Assembly (NCBI GenBank): GCA_963815455.1 | Contig: CAWFGO010000005.1 | Coordinates: 160,001-224,000, forward strand | Origin: an uncultured Verrucomicrobiae bacterium | Lineage (GTDB): Bacteria; Verrucomicrobiota; Verrucomicrobiia; Chthoniobacterales; UBA10450 | Reading direction: 5' to 3' | Length of the DNA stretch: 64,000 nucleotides | Part shown: positions 55,416-64,000 of the stretch, in pieces | Layout: the number at the start of each line of letters is the position of its first letter | Position numbering within the stretch: position 1 is the stretch's first letter | Position numbers and translations under genes: made by a program | Notes under the pieces: generated by a model | What the model saw: the letters and a program-made list of their open reading frames with translations, nothing else | Databases searched by the model: none | Told to the model about the DNA's origin: nothing

Positions 55416-55850
55416 TCAGTAAATCCGGTAATCAATCACGCGCCAACCGACTGATTGTTTAACAAGAATGACGCGCTCGGGCGTGGGCGATTTTTTCTCG
55501 AATCCGGTCTTGAAAATAATGCTCATATAGTCGCCCTCCGGCACGCCGGCGAATTTGTGAATATTGACCGCGCCGACCACGCTGCGGGAAAGAGCTCGCC
55601 CAAACGGCGCGCGTCGAGCCTGCATATTGCGGACAAACTGTTTTTGGGTGTGGGACATTCGAAAATCCTGGGCTTCCCATTCAAACGCTTCTTCGTAATC
55701 GCCGTCGTCCAGAAGTTTAAGCCAGTTCAGGGCGGCAGTGGTTGCCTCGCTTTCATTGGCGCGTTTCTCGGTTTTCCTAGCGGAATAGGTTTCGCAGCCG
55801 GACAGCAAGATCGACAGCGCTACGACCAGGGCTGGGAACGCGTGTCGCAT
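55416..55850 (-). CDS. DUF4019 lipoprotein
   Basis: LSGC lipobox; WL.LLD.G.Y..GWRVIDY. Confidence 0.8.
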   Translation of the reverse strand: MRHAFPALVVALSILLSGCETYSARKTEKRANESEATTAALNWLKLLDDGDYEEAFEWEAQDFRMSHTQKQFVRNMQARRAPFGRALSRSVVGAVNIHKFAGVPEGDYMSIIFKTGFEKKSPTPERVILVKQSVGWRVIDYRIY

Positions 55851-55903
55851 GCCAGTTGATTTATCGGTCACACCGCAAAATATCAACGCCAATTCCCGTC
55901 CGC

Positions 55904-56713
55904 TTAACGTAAATCGTGACGCATGAGAAATTGATTGAGCGGCTCCCGAACAAACCCGAGAGATTGAAAAATCCCGATGCGCTCCGGGAAGAGCGCCGGC
56001 GCGAAGAATTCACGGTTCGGAAATTTGCTTAACACCGCGGCCAGCACTTTTCGGAAAGCGGTTTTGTTGCCGAGGAGGGCGTGAATGCGGATCGGCGGCG
56101 CGTCAGGATTTGAAATAACGACGCATGCGTTATCGCCTTTGTAGGCCGTGGCCTGGGCCAGCTTCGCCACAGCGTGCCTGGATATCTGCCATGGAATTTC
56201 AGGAAAGTCGGCTCCGTTCCGTATTTCGTTCACGGCCAGCAACGAAATTTCTTCGACAGTTGCAGATGAAGGCGTTTCGAGGTTTCGACCGCGCCAGCCA
56301 AACAATCGCATCAGTTCGCGAAAACCGTGCCGTCGATACAGCGCTAATCCCGGAATGTTTTGCTCGAACACCTCCAGGACCATGGCTTCGTCGGATCGAG
56401 ATTTTGCTTCACTTAGTAATTGCGAAACAAGAAACGCTGCGGTTCCAGTCCGACGCGCCTCGGGAACAACTCCCATGCCGGCGAGTCGGGACACGTTCCC
56501 GGTGCGACTCACATAACCGAAACCGGCGAGGGCACCGTCCAGTCGCGCAAATCGACTGTGATTGAGATCCACGCCCTGTGCACAAACAAGCCCGGATAAT
56601 CCAGCCGCATCGATATCGCTCCATCCAGCAAGATAACCTCTAAACGCGCGATTGAACGTCTCGGCTTGTTCCTTCAACGAAACCTCATGCGCCGGCAGCA
56701 GCTCGAATTTCAT
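55904..56713 (-). CDS. GNAT acetyltransferase
   Basis: GVVPEARRTG and LEV..N..ALYRRHGF. Confidence 0.85.
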   Translation of the reverse strand: MKFELLPAHEVSLKEQAETFNRAFRGYLAGWSDIDAAGLSGLVCAQGVDLNHSRFARLDGALAGFGYVSRTGNVSRLAGMGVVPEARRTGTAAFLVSQLLSEAKSRSDEAMVLEVFEQNIPGLALYRRHGFRELMRLFGWRGRNLETPSSATVEEISLLAVNEIRNGADFPEIPWQISRHAVAKLAQATAYKGDNACVVISNPDAPPIRIHALLGNKTAFRKVLAAVLSKFPNREFFAPALFPERIGIFQSLGFVREPLNQFLMRHDLR

Positions 56714-56772
56714 TTAATGAATTTATGTCGATCTTGCATTTTCCGCGTCAAATGATTCGGCTAGAGTTTGCC

Positions 56773-57486
56773 ATGGCGGAAATTGCCGAAAATCTGGAGC
56801 GAGTGCGGGCTCAGATTGCAGAAGCCGCGCAAAAGAGCGGCCGTTCCATAGACAACGTTGAGTTAGTGGCTATTTCGAAGACGCACGATGCCGATCGGGT
56901 CCGCGAGGCATACGATGCGGGCCAGCAGCTATTTGGCGAGAGCAAAATGCAGGAAGCGCGGGCAAAGATTCCGCTCCTGCCTTCGAGCTTACGCTGGCAT
57001 TTCGTCGGTCATCTCCAGAAGAACAAGATCCGGCATGCGCTGCCGCTGTTCGAGCTGTTCCACAGCGTGGATTCTCTGGCTCTGGCTCAGGAGATGAACC
57101 GGATCGCGGACGAAGACGGCATGCACCCGCGAATATTTCTGGAAGTGAACGTTTCGGGCGAAGGGAGCAAATTCGGTTTCAAGCCGGAAATTTTACGAGC
57201 GGAGATGGAGAGCCTGCTCGCGTTGCCGCGATTGTCGATCGAAGGTCTGATGACGATTCCGCCATTCGCCGAGGAGCCGGAGCTTTCCCGCAAACATTTT
57301 GTCGCTCTTCGCGAGCTGCGGGACGCTCTCGAAAAACGGTTCGATCTGAAATTGCCGCAGCTTTCAATGGGAATGACGAACGACTTCCAGGTCGCGATTG
57401 AGGAAGGCGCGACGCTCGTGCGCGTCGGCACGGCGATTTTCGGTGAACGCAAAAGAAAAAAAGAGGCCACGGATGAGCGCGGATAG
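56773..57486 (+). CDS. yggS: PLP homeostasis protein
   Basis: [21 protein letters not shown] and VRVGTAIFG. Confidence 0.95.
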   Translation: MAEIAENLERVRAQIAEAAQKSGRSIDNVELVAISKTHDADRVREAYDAGQQLFGESKMQEARAKIPLLPSSLRWHFVGHLQKNKIRHALPLFELFHSVDSLALAQEMNRIADEDGMHPRIFLEVNVSGEGSKFGFKPEILRAEMESLLALPRLSIEGLMTIPPFAEEPELSRKHFVALRELRDALEKRFDLKLPQLSMGMTNDFQVAIEEGATLVRVGTAIFGERKRKKEATDERG

Positions 57487-57551
57487 TCACGGATTTCTAG
57501 ATCCCAGCCATGCAACCTTCGTCCTTATCCGTGTTTCATCTGTGTTAATCT

Positions 57552-57881
57552 GTGGCCGGCAAATCTGATCCCGTGCGTCTGGAACCGACAAACATTCAGC
57601 AAATCGGTAACGAGCTGGCCATTCAATGGAACGACGGCGTCGAATCGTATTTCGATTTGGAAATGCTTCGGCGGGCCTGTCCCTGCGCCGCCTGCGGCGG
57701 CGAGCCCGATGTGCTGGGCAACATCGCCCGGCCGAATGTGAGCTACACGAATAACAGTTTCGAACTTGCCGGGTTCGATCTCGTTGGCGGCTACGCATTG
57801 CAGCCGCGCTGGGCCGATCGACATAGCACTGGGATTTACAGCTTTACTTACCTTCGCCGTCTGGGGCAAGCTTCCGGCTGA
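57552..57881 (+). CDS. DUF971 (GBBH-like N-terminal) protein
   Basis: LRRACPCAAC, VGGYAL and HSTGIY. Confidence 0.85.
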   Translation: MAGKSDPVRLEPTNIQQIGNELAIQWNDGVESYFDLEMLRRACPCAACGGEPDVLGNIARPNVSYTNNSFELAGFDLVGGYALQPRWADRHSTGIYSFTYLRRLGQASG

Positions 57882-57910
57882 AAGGCATGCCATAAGCTTG
57901 GAGTCGATTC

Positions 57911-58075
57911 ATGAGCCGGAGAACAAAACTCGCGATTATCCTGCTCTGCTTTTCGATTTGCGGCGCCGGCGGTTTCATCGCGTCGGCGGTTCGTGAACAA
58001 CGTGAGCCGCAAAAGGCGAACACGACTCCGGTAAAAAATCACGAAGTGCCTAAGCGCGTCTGGATCGAGGCTTGA
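57911..58075 (+). CDS. Small single-TM protein (54 aa)
   Basis: MSRRTKLAIILLCFSICGAGGFIASAV... Confidence 0.45.
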   Translation: MSRRTKLAIILLCFSICGAGGFIASAVREQREPQKANTTPVKNHEVPKRVWIEA

Positions 58076-58137
58076 TCTCTGTAGCGGCGGCCGTGTCGGC
58101 CGCAAAAACTTGTAACCTGCGGCCGACACGGCCGCCT

Positions 58138-59088
58138 CTACACTGGAATTGTCACTCGCAAGAGAGTTGTTCGCCTCGTAGTCGGCATCACTTGTCGATC
58201 CTGCGACTGAGCCGGAACGAGACAAAATTCTCCCGGCCCAAGATCGACATCGGCGCATCGGACCGAGCCGGTCAGGCAGCAAACGATTGCAAATTGTCCG
58301 CTTGGCGCGATCTCGCGGGCAGCATCGAGATTCCATTTTTGGATTTCGAACAGATCGTGTTTCGTGAGCAGCTCCCCTTTGGCCGGAATCAACTGTGGCT
58401 GAACGTCGTTAAAATCGATGCATTGGAGCGCTTGCTCGACGTGCAACTGTCGGGGTTTGCCCTTCGCGTCGACGCGGTTCCAATCAAACACGCGATAAGT
58501 GGTGTCGCTGTTTTGCTGAACCTCGAGCAGCAAATTACCCGCGCCGACCGCATGGAAACGGCCGGCGGGCAGAAACATCGCGTCACCGGCTTTGACCGGA
58601 ATTCGGTGGACCCAGCTCGCGATTGTTCCCTGATTGATTGCCTCCTTGAATCGTTGAGCGGTCATCGCTTCCTTGAGCCCCACAAAAAGTTCGGCCTCCG
58701 GATCCGCCGCGGCGACGTACCAGAATTCCGTTTTCGGTTCACCACCTAATTTTGATGCGACATTTTTCGGCGGGTGAACTTGCAATGAAAGTTTCTCCGC
58801 GGCATCGAGAAGCTTAATCAGCAAAGGAAATCGTGGAGCGTCGCTAAGATCGCCAAAAATTTCCTTTCGCCGTTCCGTCCAAAGTTCGTGCAACGTTTTG
58901 CCCTTTAACGGTCCGTTCGCGACAATGCTCTGAGCTTCCGGGCGATCGACAATTTCCCACGACTCGCCGACGCGGGTGTCTGCCGGCAGTCGTTTGCCGA
59001 ATTCGGATTCGAGCCGGCGGCCGCCCCACACGCGCTCCATAAAGATCGGTTCGAAGGTGAGGGGAGACGCTAGATCGAGTTTGGACAT
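58138..59088 (-). CDS. manA: Type I mannose-6-phosphate isomerase
   Basis: VWGG, GESWE, LSLQVHP, KTEFW and QNSDTTYR. Confidence 0.92.
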   Translation of the reverse strand: MSKLDLASPLTFEPIFMERVWGGRRLESEFGKRLPADTRVGESWEIVDRPEAQSIVANGPLKGKTLHELWTERRKEIFGDLSDAPRFPLLIKLLDAAEKLSLQVHPPKNVASKLGGEPKTEFWYVAAADPEAELFVGLKEAMTAQRFKEAINQGTIASWVHRIPVKAGDAMFLPAGRFHAVGAGNLLLEVQQNSDTTYRVFDWNRVDAKGKPRQLHVEQALQCIDFNDVQPQLIPAKGELLTKHDLFEIQKWNLDAAREIAPSGQFAIVCCLTGSVRCADVDLGPGEFCLVPAQSQDRQVMPTTRRTTLLRVTIPV

Positions 59089-59189
59089 CAACTGTAGGGC
59101 GTTTCTGTGAAACGCCATTTTTCCCATTGGCGTCCGACACAGACGCCCTACAATTCGCCGGCACGCGTCAGTTTGCAACGCGGTCGAAA

Positions 59190-59648
59190 ATGCTGAGACG
59201 ATTTCTTAAATACTGGTTACCGGTTCTGATCTGGCTCGGCTTCATCTTTGTCGGCTCTACCGATGTTTTATCGGCCGAGCAAACATCGCGATTTCTCGTG
59301 CCGTTTCTGCGCTGGCTGAAGCCGGACATCTCTCCAGAGACTCTGATGCAGATTCATTTTCTGGTGCGCAAGGTTGGACATATCACCGAATACGCGATTC
59401 TGGCCATGTTGCTGTGGCGGGCATTGCGCGGCGGATTGAGCTTGCGCGCGAGAATGTCGATCCTGTTCATGGCGGCGTGGTTTGGCGCCGCATTTTTCGC
59501 CGCGACGGACGAATTCCATCAAACATTTGTTGCTTCAAGGACCGGAGCATTTAGCGATGTGCTCATCGATATCAGCGGCGCGTTCGCGGGGCTGTTGCTT
59601 TGTTGGTGGATTACTTTGCGGAAAGATTTGCGGCGGGCGAGGGATTGA
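59190..59648 (+). CDS. VanZ family protein
   Basis: RKVGHITEYAIL and DEFHQTFV..R. Confidence 0.9.
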   Translation: MLRRFLKYWLPVLIWLGFIFVGSTDVLSAEQTSRFLVPFLRWLKPDISPETLMQIHFLVRKVGHITEYAILAMLLWRALRGGLSLRARMSILFMAAWFGAAFFAATDEFHQTFVASRTGAFSDVLIDISGAFAGLLLCWWITLRKDLRRARD

Positions 59649-59725
59649 ACTGGCTGCAGCGAGACCGTGTGCGCTCCCCAGCATTTGCAATCCGCAATCC
59701 CCAATCTACAATCCGCAATCCAAAT

Positions 59726-59798
59726 GGGGGCATAGCTCAGTTGGTAGAGCGCCAGCTTTGCAAGCTGGATGTCAGGGGTTCGAATCCCCTTGCCTCCA
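59726..59798 (+). tRNA. tRNA-Ala(TGC), CCA not encoded
   Basis: Cloverleaf; anticodon arm CCAGC-TTTGCAA-GCTGG. Confidence 0.97.
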
Positions 59799-60096
59799 GG
59801 AATCTCGCGCTGGCGAGATTCAACAAGAAAAACAGGGGATGAGAGCTTTGTTCGACTGGTGGGGCGCGTCACGCGCAGGGTTAAAAGCGAAGCTCATTCC
59901 CCAGAGCCAGCGCGAACGCGCTGGATAATCCCCTTGCCTCCAGTCCCGAAAGCTTTCGGGGCTGTCGCGCCGTAGCCTTGGCGAAGGCGGACACTGTCGA
60001 TCTTACCAAGCTGGACACGGCGAGCTACGATTCGGCAAGCCAGCGGTCGGCGCTTGACCGATTACCGATCACCGATCACTTTCCGTTTTGCCAAGG

Positions 60097-60173
60097 GGGC
60101 CTGTAGCTCAGTTGGTTAGAGCATGCGCTTGATAAGCGCAGGGTCACTGGTTCGAGCCCAGTCAGGCCCACCA
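60097..60173 (+). tRNA. tRNA-Ile(GAT)
   Basis: Cloverleaf; TGCGC-TTGATAA-GCGCA; ends in CCA. Confidence 0.97.
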
Positions 60174-60211
60174 TGGAGGTCCAGGACCGATTCCAAACAA
60201 CCGGCCGAGAT

Positions 60212-61926
60212 ATGCAAAAGCTGATCGAGTGCGTGCCGAATTTTTCTGAGGGGCGCGATTTGGATGTGATTCGTCAGATTACCGACGCGATTGAATCGGT
60301 GGAGGGCGTGTCTCTGCTCGATGTCGATCCCGGGGCGAGCACGAACCGGACAGTGGTGACTTTCGTTGGGGCTCTCGATGCCGCGGTGGAGGCGGCGTTT
60401 CGCGGAATCAAGAAAGCGTCCGAGTTGATCGACATGGGCAAACAGAAAGGCGCGCATCCGCGCATGGGCGCGACCGACGTTTGCCCTTTCATTCCGGTGA
60501 GCAATGTCAGTTGGGAAGAAGCGATCGCTTGCGCGGAGAAGTTGGGAAAACGGGTCGGCGAGGAATTGAAGATCCCGGTCTATCTTTACGAAAGGGCGGC
60601 CAAAGATAAAGCGCGCGCGAATTTATCGGTAATTCGCGCCGGCGAATACGAGGGATTCTTTGAGAAAATCAAACAACCGGAATGGAAACCGGACTTTGGG
60701 CCGGCCGTGTTCAACGAGAAATCCGGCGGGACCGTGATCGGCGCGCGCGATTTTTTGGTCGCTTACAACGTCAACCTAAACACGAAAGCGGTGAGAAGAG
60801 CGAACTCGGTCGCGTTCGACGTTCGCGAACAGGGGCGATTCAAAACGGAAGATGGCACGCCCTCGGGGAAAAAGGTGCTCGACGCCAACGGTGAGCCGGT
60901 CCGAATTCCCGGGATGCTGAAACACGTCAAGGCGATTGGCTGGTTTGTGAAGGAATATGGAATCGCCCAGGTTTCGATCAATCTGACGAACATTGAGGAG
61001 ACGCCGTTGCATGTGGCGTTTGACGCCTGCGTCGAATCGGCCAGCAAACGCGGGATGCGCGTGACCGGCTCGGAAATCGTGGGCATGGTGCCGAAGAAAT
61101 GTCTGGTCGATGCCGGACGTTATTTTCTTCGGAAACAGAAATGGTCGGAGGGCGCTTCCGAGGAAGAACTGATCGACATGGCGATCCGCTCGATGGGCTT
61201 GAGCGAACTCAAGCCTTTCGATCCGAAAGAAAAGGTGATTGAATTCAAGATTGGTCCGAGCTCTCCCTGGCGATCTTCGACCGGACTGGCATTAAGAAAT
61301 CGCTTTTGAAAATGAATTTGCGCGAATTTTGTAACGAAACATTGAGCGATTCGCCCGCGCCGGGCGGCGGATCGGTGGCGGCGCTGATGGGCGCGTTGGG
61401 CGCGTCGCTTGGCGGGATGGTTGCGAACCTCTCCGCCGGAAAACGCGGCTGGGACGATAAGATCGAGTATTTCAGCAAGTGGGCGGTGAAGGCGCAGCAA
61501 CTGAAAGACGAATTGCTCTCACTGGTGGACGAGGACACCGCGGCGTTCAACAAAGTGATGGACGCATTCGCGTTGCCCAAGGAATCGGCAGAAGAAAAAA
61601 CAGCGCGGGCGGCGGCGATCGAAGCTGCGACGAAATATGCGGCAGAAATCCCGTTAAAGGTTATGGAAACGTCCTTCAAGTCCTACGAACTCCTTTCGGA
61701 GATGGCGGAAAAGGGCAATCCGGCGTCGGTCTCCGATGTGGGTGTTGGAATTCTGGGGACGCGGGCCTGTGTTGCCGGAGCGGCGTTGAACGTCCGGATT
61801 AATCTGGCCGCGCTGAAAGATGAGAAATTCAAAGCGACGCTGTTGAACAAAGTTCGGCACATCGTTGCGGATTCGGACGCGCAGTTCAAAAAGATCGATC
61901 AAGTCGTGGAGAGCAAATTGACCTAA
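60212..61926 (+). CDS. ftcD: Glutamate formiminotransferase-cyclodeaminase, frameshift near 61272
   Basis: ECVPNFSEGR and HPRMGATDVCPF; then PAPGGGSVAA cyclodeaminase domain. Confidence 0.9.
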
Positions 61927-62029
61927 CGCGATAGGGCCGGTTTTCCTGTAGCGGCGGTCTCTGACCGTCGTTGATATTGCTCCAATAAGTTTGCGACGGT
62001 CGGAGACCGCCGCTACAACAAAGCGACGC

Positions 62030-62233
62030 ATGAGTTCGATCGCTGTAATCAACGCATCGCAGCTTGTCACGCTTGCGGGCCCGGCGCACCCGCGAGTTGG
62101 CGGCGAGATGTCGGAACTGGCGATCATTCGCAACGGCGGAATGCTGATCCGCGTCGGCGTGAGCCACGAGATTGAGAAGAAGGAGGATTACTCTTGGTAC
62201 AGTTTGATTGGCCGTTGTCCGCGCGAATGTTAA
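62030..62233 (+). pseudogene. Orphan 5' fragment of hutI
   Basis: [24 protein letters not shown] matches the N-terminus of hutI at 62922. Confidence 0.85.
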
Positions 62234-62246
62234 TCTTAATCCTGTA

Positions 62247-62558
62247 ATGACCACAGCTGATCTGCCCATTGCCATCGACCGCGAGCTGATCGCCCGCTTT
62301 TGCCGTGAACGGGGCATTCGCTCGCTCTCGCTGTTCGGCTCAGTTTTGCGCGACGATTTTGACCCGGCGCGAAGTGACATCGACGTGCTTGCGGAATTCG
62401 CGCCTGGCGCTCTCCGCGGTGTCGGATTGCGTTATTTTGGCTTTGGTGAGGAGCTCGGAGCCATCCTCGGCCACCGGGTGGATTTCTGCTCACAACTTCA
62501 TCCGGCGTTTCACGAGCGTGTCGCGCGGAAGGCCATTAAGCTTTATGAGCGATCATGA
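62247..62558 (+). CDS. Minimal nucleotidyltransferase (MntA-type antitoxin)
   Basis: LFGSVLRDDF..SDIDV. Confidence 0.9.
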   Translation: MTTADLPIAIDRELIARFCRERGIRSLSLFGSVLRDDFDPARSDIDVLAEFAPGALRGVGLRYFGFGEELGAILGHRVDFCSQLHPAFHERVARKAIKLYERS

Positions 62559-62883
62559 TCTGGCGCTGGCACTTCGTCAGATTGTCGAGTTCGCAGATGA
62601 AATCGCAACACTGGTTGCGAAACGTGCGCGGAAGGATTTGGACATTAATCGCGAGTTCCGTCGCGCCTTGGAGCGTTGTGTCGAATTGATCGGCGAAGCC
62701 GCGACACGCTTGCCTGAGAACTGGCGAGCATCTCACTCAGCGATTCCGTGGCGGCAGATAATCGCGATGCGCAACGTCATGATTCACGGATACGATGTTG
62801 TGATGGCCGATGTCTTGTGGGATGTGGCAGCGAATGATGTTCCCAAGTTGCGCAGTGAGATCAAGTTGCTCTTGGAGAAATAG
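62545..62883 (+). CDS. HepT/DUF86 HEPN ribonuclease toxin
   Basis: IGEA, IPW and RNVMIHGY (Rx4H). Confidence 0.9.
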   Translation: MSDHDLALALRQIVEFADEIATLVAKRARKDLDINREFRRALERCVELIGEAATRLPENWRASHSAIPWRQIIAMRNVMIHGYDVVMADVLWDVAANDVPKLRSEIKLLLEK

Positions 62884-62921
62884 CTGCTTCTAATCCCTTC
62901 CAAGGGGCCCGAACCGCGAAA

Positions 62922-64000
62922 TTGAAAACGCTCGCTCTTCTTCACGCATCGCAGCTTGTTACTCTGGCTGGCCCGAAGCGCTCTCGGGTGGGCGCTGAAC
63001 TGGGTGAACTCGGGATTATTCGCGACGGCGGAATGCTGATCCGCGATGGGAGGATCGACATCGTTGGGCCGAGCGATGAGATCGAGGAGAAGGCGGGTGA
63101 CGCGGAGGTCCGAGCCGGACTGGCAGTTGTCGATGCTGGCGGGCGGGTTGTGCTCCCGGGATTTGTCGATGCGCACACGCATCTGGTTTTTGCGGGAAAT
63201 CGACTGGACGATTTTGAGCGACGGGCGCGGGGGGAATCTTACGAGCAGATCGCCCAGGCGGGCGGCGGGATTTGGTCAACCGTGGAGAAGACGCGGGCCG
63301 CGAGCGAGGACGATCTTTTCGCTCAAGCGAGGAAACGCGTGAACTGGTTTTTGCGCTCTGGAACGACAACGATTGAAGCGAAGTCGGGCTACGGACTCAC
63401 CGTTGAAGATGAATTGAAGATCTTGCGCGTGTTGCGGCAGCTGAAACAAGAGACGCTGGTCGAGATTGTGCCGACATTTCTCGGCGCGCACGCGGTTCCT
63501 CGCGAGACAGCTGCCGATCGATATGTCGAACTTGTGATCGGCGAGATGTTGCCGCGAGTCGCGTCGGATCCGTCTCCGCTGGGCTACGACGCGACAAGAA
63601 AACTGGCCGAGTTTTGCGACGTGTTTTGCGAGCGCGGCTATTTCGACCTCGAGCAGTCGAGAAAAATTCTGACGGCGGCGAAGCAACACGGGTTGAAACT
63701 GCGCGGCCATGTCGATCAACTGACAAATTCCGGTGGTGCGAAGTTGATGGCGGAATTGAAAGCGACAACCGCCGATCACTTGGAAAAAACCGACGGGCAA
63801 GGGATCGCGGCGATGAAAGCGTCCGGTGTTCAGCCGGTTTTGCTGCCGGGATCGGTTTACGCGTTAGGATCGACATGCTATCCGCGGGCACGGGAAATGA
63901 TTGATGCCGGGCTCGCGGTGGTTATTGCGACTGACTTTAATCCGGGCTCTTCGCCGACGCCGAGCATGCCGATGATTCTCTCGCTGGCTTGCACCCAGAT
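62922..64000 (+). CDS. hutI: Imidazolonepropionase, runs off the window
   Basis: [28 protein letters not shown] and ATDFNPG. Confidence 0.95.
   Translation, partial: MKTLALLHASQLVTLAGPKRSRVGAELGELGIIRDGGMLIRDGRIDIVGPSDEIEEKAGDAEVRAGLAVVDAGGRVVLPGFVDAHTHLVFAGNRLDDFERRARGESYEQIAQAGGGIWSTVEKTRAASEDDLFAQARKRVNWFLRSGTTTIEAKSGYGLTVEDELKILRVLRQLKQETLVEIVPTFLGAHAVPRETAADRYVELVIGEMLPRVASDPSPLGYDATRKLAEFCDVFCERGYFDLEQSRKILTAAKQHGLKLRGHVDQLTNSGGAKLMAELKATTADHLEKTDGQGIAAMKASGVQPVLLPGSVYALGSTCYPRAREMIDAGLAVVIATDFNPGSSPTPSMPMILSLACTQ

Noticed and set aside
9497..61926. About 11 frameshifted genes (methyltransferase, crcB, sdhB, arsS, APC permease, VOC, sucD, DegT, HD, ArnT, ftcD) as pseudogenes or programmed frameshifts
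   Set aside because: Single-base indels scattered through core genes, with intact sequence on both sides and no shared slippery motif, most likely reflect long-read errors

Overview
Chromosomal window from a GC-rich Verrucomicrobiota bacterium, Chthoniobacterales/Spartobacteria-like by the 16S signature and a PEP-CTERM protein. About 11 single-base frameshifts in conserved genes suggest an unpolished long-read assembly. It holds an IS3 end; a solitary 16S rRNA gene with an intervening sequence, its usual spacer tRNAs (Ala-TGC, Ile-GAT) about 53 kb away and no 23S in the window; and a fluoride riboswitch-crcB unit. It also holds a UGA-recoded CxxU Rdx selenoprotein, sulfite oxidase-like/MBL-rhodanese/sdhCAB genes, arsS-type genes, pdxJ-acpS, metG, sucCD and citrate synthase, an aminosugar cluster, lemA/M48, a patatin, manA, ftcD-hutI and four toxin-antitoxin loci. 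Main unexplained structure: (1) TA or defence-like cargo and REP hairpins repeatedly sit between diverged duplicates of neighbouring gene ends or junctions, with no integrase in the window; (2) 18-nt and 30-nt palindromic mini-elements are inserted in frame in housekeeping genes and nested inside other repeats; (3) an unannotated 54-aa Lys-rich double-glycine peptide lies head-to-head with a large methyltransferase. Family assignments come from motif recognition, not database searches.
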